Source: a virus
Taxonomy: Duplodnaviria; Caudoviricetes
Length of the DNA: 27,005 nucleotides
IMG/VR virus record: IMGVR_UViG_3300021134_000024
Location: 1 to 27,005 of that record
Direction: 5' to 3' (one strand)
A program made the position numbers and the translations under genes. The notes under the pieces were generated by a model, which worked only from the letters and a program-made list of their open reading frames with translations, did not search any database and was not told where the DNA came from. Positions 23,893-27,005 of this stretch are shown in pieces (position 1 is the first letter of the stretch; the number at the start of each line of letters is the position of its first letter).

Positions 23893-25869
23893 TTAAAATG
23901 TACCGCCAGTAACCCCGCCAGTGATTGCTCCAGTAATTGCGTCAATCGTCAAACTGGTATTTACATACACTGCTTGGCTGCCCGATGTGCCAGAAGAAAA
24001 ATGCACATAACCGGGATTGACTGTGGTGTTGGTAGCTACTGTAACATTGGTTGGTGTAATACCACTATAACCTGATATACCGCTATAGCCAGAATAGCCG
24101 CTGTAGCCACTATAACCGCTTACGCCGCTGCCACTAAATCCGCTGATACCACTAAATCCGCTGATACCACTAAATCCGCTGATACCAGAATAGCCACTGT
24201 AACCAGAATATCCACTTACACCACTACCGCTATATCCGCTGATACCACTAAATCCAGATATGCCGCTGTAGCCAGAAAATCCGCTGATACCACTATAGCC
24301 GCTGTAACCAGATACACCACTACCGGAATAACCAGAGAATCCGCTGATACCACTATAGCCAGAGTAGCCACTATAACCGCTTACGCCAGATCCACTAAAT
24401 CCACTAATTCCGCTATATCCGCTGTATCCGCTAATACCACTATAGCCAGAGTAGCCACTATAACCGCTTACACCAGATCCGCTAAATCCGCTAATACCGC
24501 TAAATCCAGATATGCCACTGAAACCGCTATATCCTGATACGCCAGATCCGCTAAATCCACTGATGCCACTGTATCCGCTAAATCCGCTGATACCACTGTA
24601 ACCACTAAAGCCACTGTAGCCGCTTACGCCAGATCCGCTAAATCCGCTGATACCACTGTAGCCAGAATATCCGCTGTAACCGCTGTAGCCGCTTACTCCA
24701 CTACCGCTAAATCCACTGATACCAGAATAGCCACTAAAGCCACTGATACCACTAAAACCTGATATACCACTAAATCCGCTGATGCCACTATAGCCACTAA
24801 AACCACTGATACCACTATATCCGCTAAAACCGCTATAACCACTGTAGCCAGAAAAACCACTTACGCCATTGGCAATTGCCAAAATGATGGCTTGGTTGTT
24901 TGTAAATGCTGATCCAGTGGATAGCACTAACGATACTGGAATTGTAAAATAGTTACCAACTTGAGTTGGTGCTGCGGTAATTTTCCATGTCTGTTGATTA
25001 GCGCTACTGCTTTGGTCTTGGATGACAATCTCTTCGGTTGCCATCAACAATTCTAAAAAGACAGTAATGTCTACGCCGTTAGCTGCAATCTTACTGACAT
25101 TTAATTGTGTTGCGCTTGTCTGTGTGGCATTATTCCACAACAGATAATCAGAACCGGGATCACCGCTGGTTGCACTGGTATTGGCTTTGTAAAAGTAGTA
25201 ACTACTTGATACGCCACTTGCACCACTAAATCCACTAATACCGCTATAACCGCTAAAACCAGATTGGCCACTAAAACCGCTGTAACCAGATTGGCCACTA
25301 AAGCCACTGATGCCAGAAAATCCGCTGATACCACTATAGCCACTAAATCCGCTGATACCGCTGTATCCACTGTAGCCTGATGCGCCAGATCCACTGTATC
25401 CACTATAACCACTATAGCCACTGTATCCGCTGTAACCAGACACGCCGCTTGAACCAGAACTTCCAACACCACTATAGCCAGAATAACCGCTATAACCTGA
25501 TGTGCCTTGCTGACCACTATAGCCAGAATAGCCACTATAACCTGATTGACCTTGTGGACCAATAACAGAACCACAATCAATTGTAGAGCCGTTGGTTTCA
25601 GTAAGGATTAAATGGCCAGAGCCATTAATTGTTGCTGAAACAAATCCGGGAATTGGGCCAATCGTAGATGTTGTACCATCGGAATAGTAAAAAATGATGT
25701 CATAGTTTGGCAACAACGCCACTGACGTGATTAACTTTCCGGGTACGACAAGATTGGCAATTGCCGAAACAAGTACCTGCTTTGATACGCCTTTTTGTAC
25801 GACTACCGTTACTTCATTGCCTGTTAGGGTTGTAGCTGTCGGTAGCCCTGTAATCGGTTGATCAGCCAT
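23893..25869 (-). CDS. (Gly-X-Ser)n repeat fibre-like protein (658 aa)
   Basis: N-terminal ITGLP..T.LTGNE anchor, two G-[YFIV]-S blocks separated by a globular domain (DPGSDYLLWNNAT), C-terminal GGTF. Confidence 0.85.
   Translation of the reverse strand: MADQPITGLPTATTLTGNEVTVVVQKGVSKQVLVSAIANLVVPGKLITSVALLPNYDIIFYYSDGTTSTIGPIPGFVSATINGSGHLILTETNGSTIDCGSVIGPQGQSGYSGYSGYSGQQGTSGYSGYSGYSGVGSSGSSGVSGYSGYSGYSGYSGYSGSGASGYSGYSGISGFSGYSGISGFSGISGFSGQSGYSGFSGQSGFSGYSGISGFSGASGVSSSYYFYKANTSATSGDPGSDYLLWNNATQTSATQLNVSKIAANGVDITVFLELLMATEEIVIQDQSSSANQQTWKITAAPTQVGNYFTIPVSLVLSTGSAFTNNQAIILAIANGVSGFSGYSGYSGFSGYSGISGFSGYSGISGFSGISGFSGISGFSGYSGISGFSGSGVSGYSGYSGYSGYSGISGFSGSGVSGYSGFSGYSGISGFSGYSGISGFSGSGVSGYSGFSGISGFSGISGFSGSGVSGYSGYSGYSGISGYSGYSGISGFSGSGVSGYSGYSGYSGISGFSGYSGSGVSGYSGYSGISGFSGYSGISGFSGISGYSGSGVSGYSGYSGYSGISGFSGISGFSGISGFSGSGVSGYSGYSGYSGYSGISGYSGITPTNVTVATNTTVNPGYVHFSSGTSGSQAVYVNTSLTIDAITGAITGGVTGGTF
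24058..24867 (-). repeat. 9-bp-period coding repeat, block 2 (270 aa of G-X-S with eight GS-GVS breaks)
   Basis: Parsed by hand: 18 triplets, then 6, 8, 6, 8, 6, 9, 9, 6 triplets, each run preceded by GSGVS. Confidence 0.95.
25207..25560 (-). repeat. 9-bp-period coding repeat, block 1 (G-X-S, about 118 aa)
   Basis: GPQGQSGYSGYS...GASGVS in the translation. Confidence 0.95.
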
Positions 25870-25875
25870 TTTCTC

Positions 25876-26487
25876 TTATGTATAAGTAAAGCCGCCATGA
25901 CTTGTGGATGTGCCAAATGGCGATATCACAGTAACGTCAGCAAGACCTGCCATATATGCTGGAGTTACGGCTGAAATTTGTAATGAGCTAATTAATGTAA
26001 ATGTAGCTTGTTTGCCAGCAATAACCACAGAATAAACATCTGTTAAGTTGTTGCCATTGATTAGTATTGGTGTGCCACCAGCTGCTGGACCTGTATTGGG
26101 GTTGATTGCACCAATGACAGGATTCAAACTCATTGTGGAGTATGGTGAATTGTTTGCATAAGACAAATCACCAGATGCACCAGAATCAGGAGGAACACCT
26201 TGAATAAAGATTGAGTCTGGGCCTTCTGTAAATCCACCGGGCAACAAAATTTCTTCTGGTGTTAATGCAATAGATACATCTGGGCGCGGAAACCGCAAAG
26301 CAATGTTTTCAGTTTGCAGTGCGGGTAAGCGCCATGGGTCAAAATTATCTTTGTCATCTTTGCAGACCCGCATTCCGGGGAAATTGGGATCTGGCATTAA
26401 CTCGACGTACGGAAACTTCCTGCTGCAGCGATCACAAATCCCTACAGCAAGAACCGAGTTTCCACGAGTGTCAAGATAAACAGGCAT
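25876..26487 (-). CDS. Putative virion protein: N-terminal Zn-ribbon-like CDRC motif plus C-terminal IPT/TIG Ig-like domain (203 aa)
   Basis: ICDRCSRKF...GMRVC...PRPD at the N-terminus. PVIGAINPNTGPAAGGT.I.I.G.NL...I.AVTP...V.V...FTY is the IPT/TIG pattern. Confidence 0.75.
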   Translation of the reverse strand: MPVYLDTRGNSVLAVGICDRCSRKFPYVELMPDPNFPGMRVCKDDKDNFDPWRLPALQTENIALRFPRPDVSIALTPEEILLPGGFTEGPDSIFIQGVPPDSGASGDLSYANNSPYSTMSLNPVIGAINPNTGPAAGGTPILINGNNLTDVYSVVIAGKQATFTLISSLQISAVTPAYMAGLADVTVISPFGTSTSHGGFTYT

Positions 26488-26496
26488 TTAATTGCC

Positions 26497-27005
26497 TTAG
26501 ATTGCTGAAGCTAATGCTTGACCATCGTTTTGAACTAAAAAGCCTTCAATATATGCTGCAACGTGCTGAGAAGAACTATCGCTTGTTGAAAAAGCAAAAG
26601 TCAAATCCGCTTTTTGTTGGAACACATTTGGCGCATAACGATGCACATCTATAAACAATGTAAAACTAATTTGCGCGGTAGAAATATTAATACCGTTTGT
26701 AGAATTAGTCAGATTATAGAAAATGTATACGTTGCTAGATAAGCTGCTACCAGACCAAGCATTAATACGGTTTAGGTAAAATGTGTAACCATTTGGTACA
26801 GTATAAACTGTCATTTGGCTACGACCTAATCCCGGATTAATTTGAGCGTAAATTGTACCGCCGTTTGAAACAGTGATAGTACCAACGTTGCTAACTTGAC
26901 CAGAAGCCACAGCAGTCATGGATATGCTGTTAATACGCAAAAACTTATTAACGGTAGTTACGCCAGATGTACCATTTAAAGATACAATTTCAGTTACTTG
27001 ATTGT
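26497..27005 (-). CDS. Beta-rich probable structural protein, 5'-truncated by window edge
   Basis: Frame stays open from 27003 (NQVTEIVSLNGTSGVTTVNKFLRIN...), so the track start at 26940 is internal. Confidence 0.7.
   Translation of the reverse strand, partial: NQVTEIVSLNGTSGVTTVNKFLRINSISMTAVASGQVSNVGTITVSNGGTIYAQINPGLGRSQMTVYTVPNGYTFYLNRINAWSGSSLSSNVYIFYNLTNSTNGINISTAQISFTLFIDVHRYAPNVFQQKADLTFAFSTSDSSSQHVAAYIEGFLVQNDGQALASAI

Noticed and set aside
21271-25560. CRISPR-like arrays in the 35-bp repeats or the 9-bp repeats
   Set aside because: Both are in-frame coding repeats, the spacing does not fit repeat-spacer structure, and no cas genes are present.
25101-25580. 159-aa hydrophobic ORF (VIVAILAIVV...) that looks like a membrane protein
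   Set aside because: It is the alternative reading frame of the G-X-S repeat, so the periodic hydrophobicity is a by-product.
798-26654. Many short ORFs in the track that lie antisense or out of frame to long genes (e.g. 798-1109, 829-1119, 5504-5737, 8960-9223, 14774-15154, 17434-17691, 19793-20089, 26319-26654)
   Set aside because: They are shadows of well-supported genes, with no recognisable motifs or RBS. Only the Rz1-like nested ORF has independent support.

Overview
A 27 kb segment of a tailed dsDNA phage, most likely a podovirus with P22/T7-like virion gene logic. Spanins point to a Gram-negative host. The + strand carries only the 3' part of a family A DNA polymerase gene (1-1834). 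Everything else is one tightly packed - strand late region that reads right to left: a partial structural gene; a Zn-ribbon/IPT-TIG protein; a 658-aa (Gly-X-Ser)n protein; a GT2 glycosyltransferase with a split GT9-like enzyme; a beta-repeat tail fibre with an S74-type chaperone; a lysis cassette (holin, Rz with nested Rz1, GH24 lysozyme); small basic proteins; head-tail connector genes interleaved with one intact and one collapsed GIY-YIG endonuclease; a gp10-like nozzle; a 2OG-Fe(II) oxygenase with its own sigma70 promoter; a GNAT-like gene; and five putative ejection proteins. Best leads: (1) a candidate virion protein O-glycosylation system (Ser-every-third-residue fibre plus adjacent GT2 and split GT9); (2) a short [FYM]-[AKS]-x-GG motif shared by four otherwise unrelated proteins; (3) two unusually Cys-rich ejection proteins behind a GNAT-like gene; (4) a 23-codon homing-endonuclease relic that keeps translational coupling. 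All family assignments come from motif recognition by eye; no database search was run.
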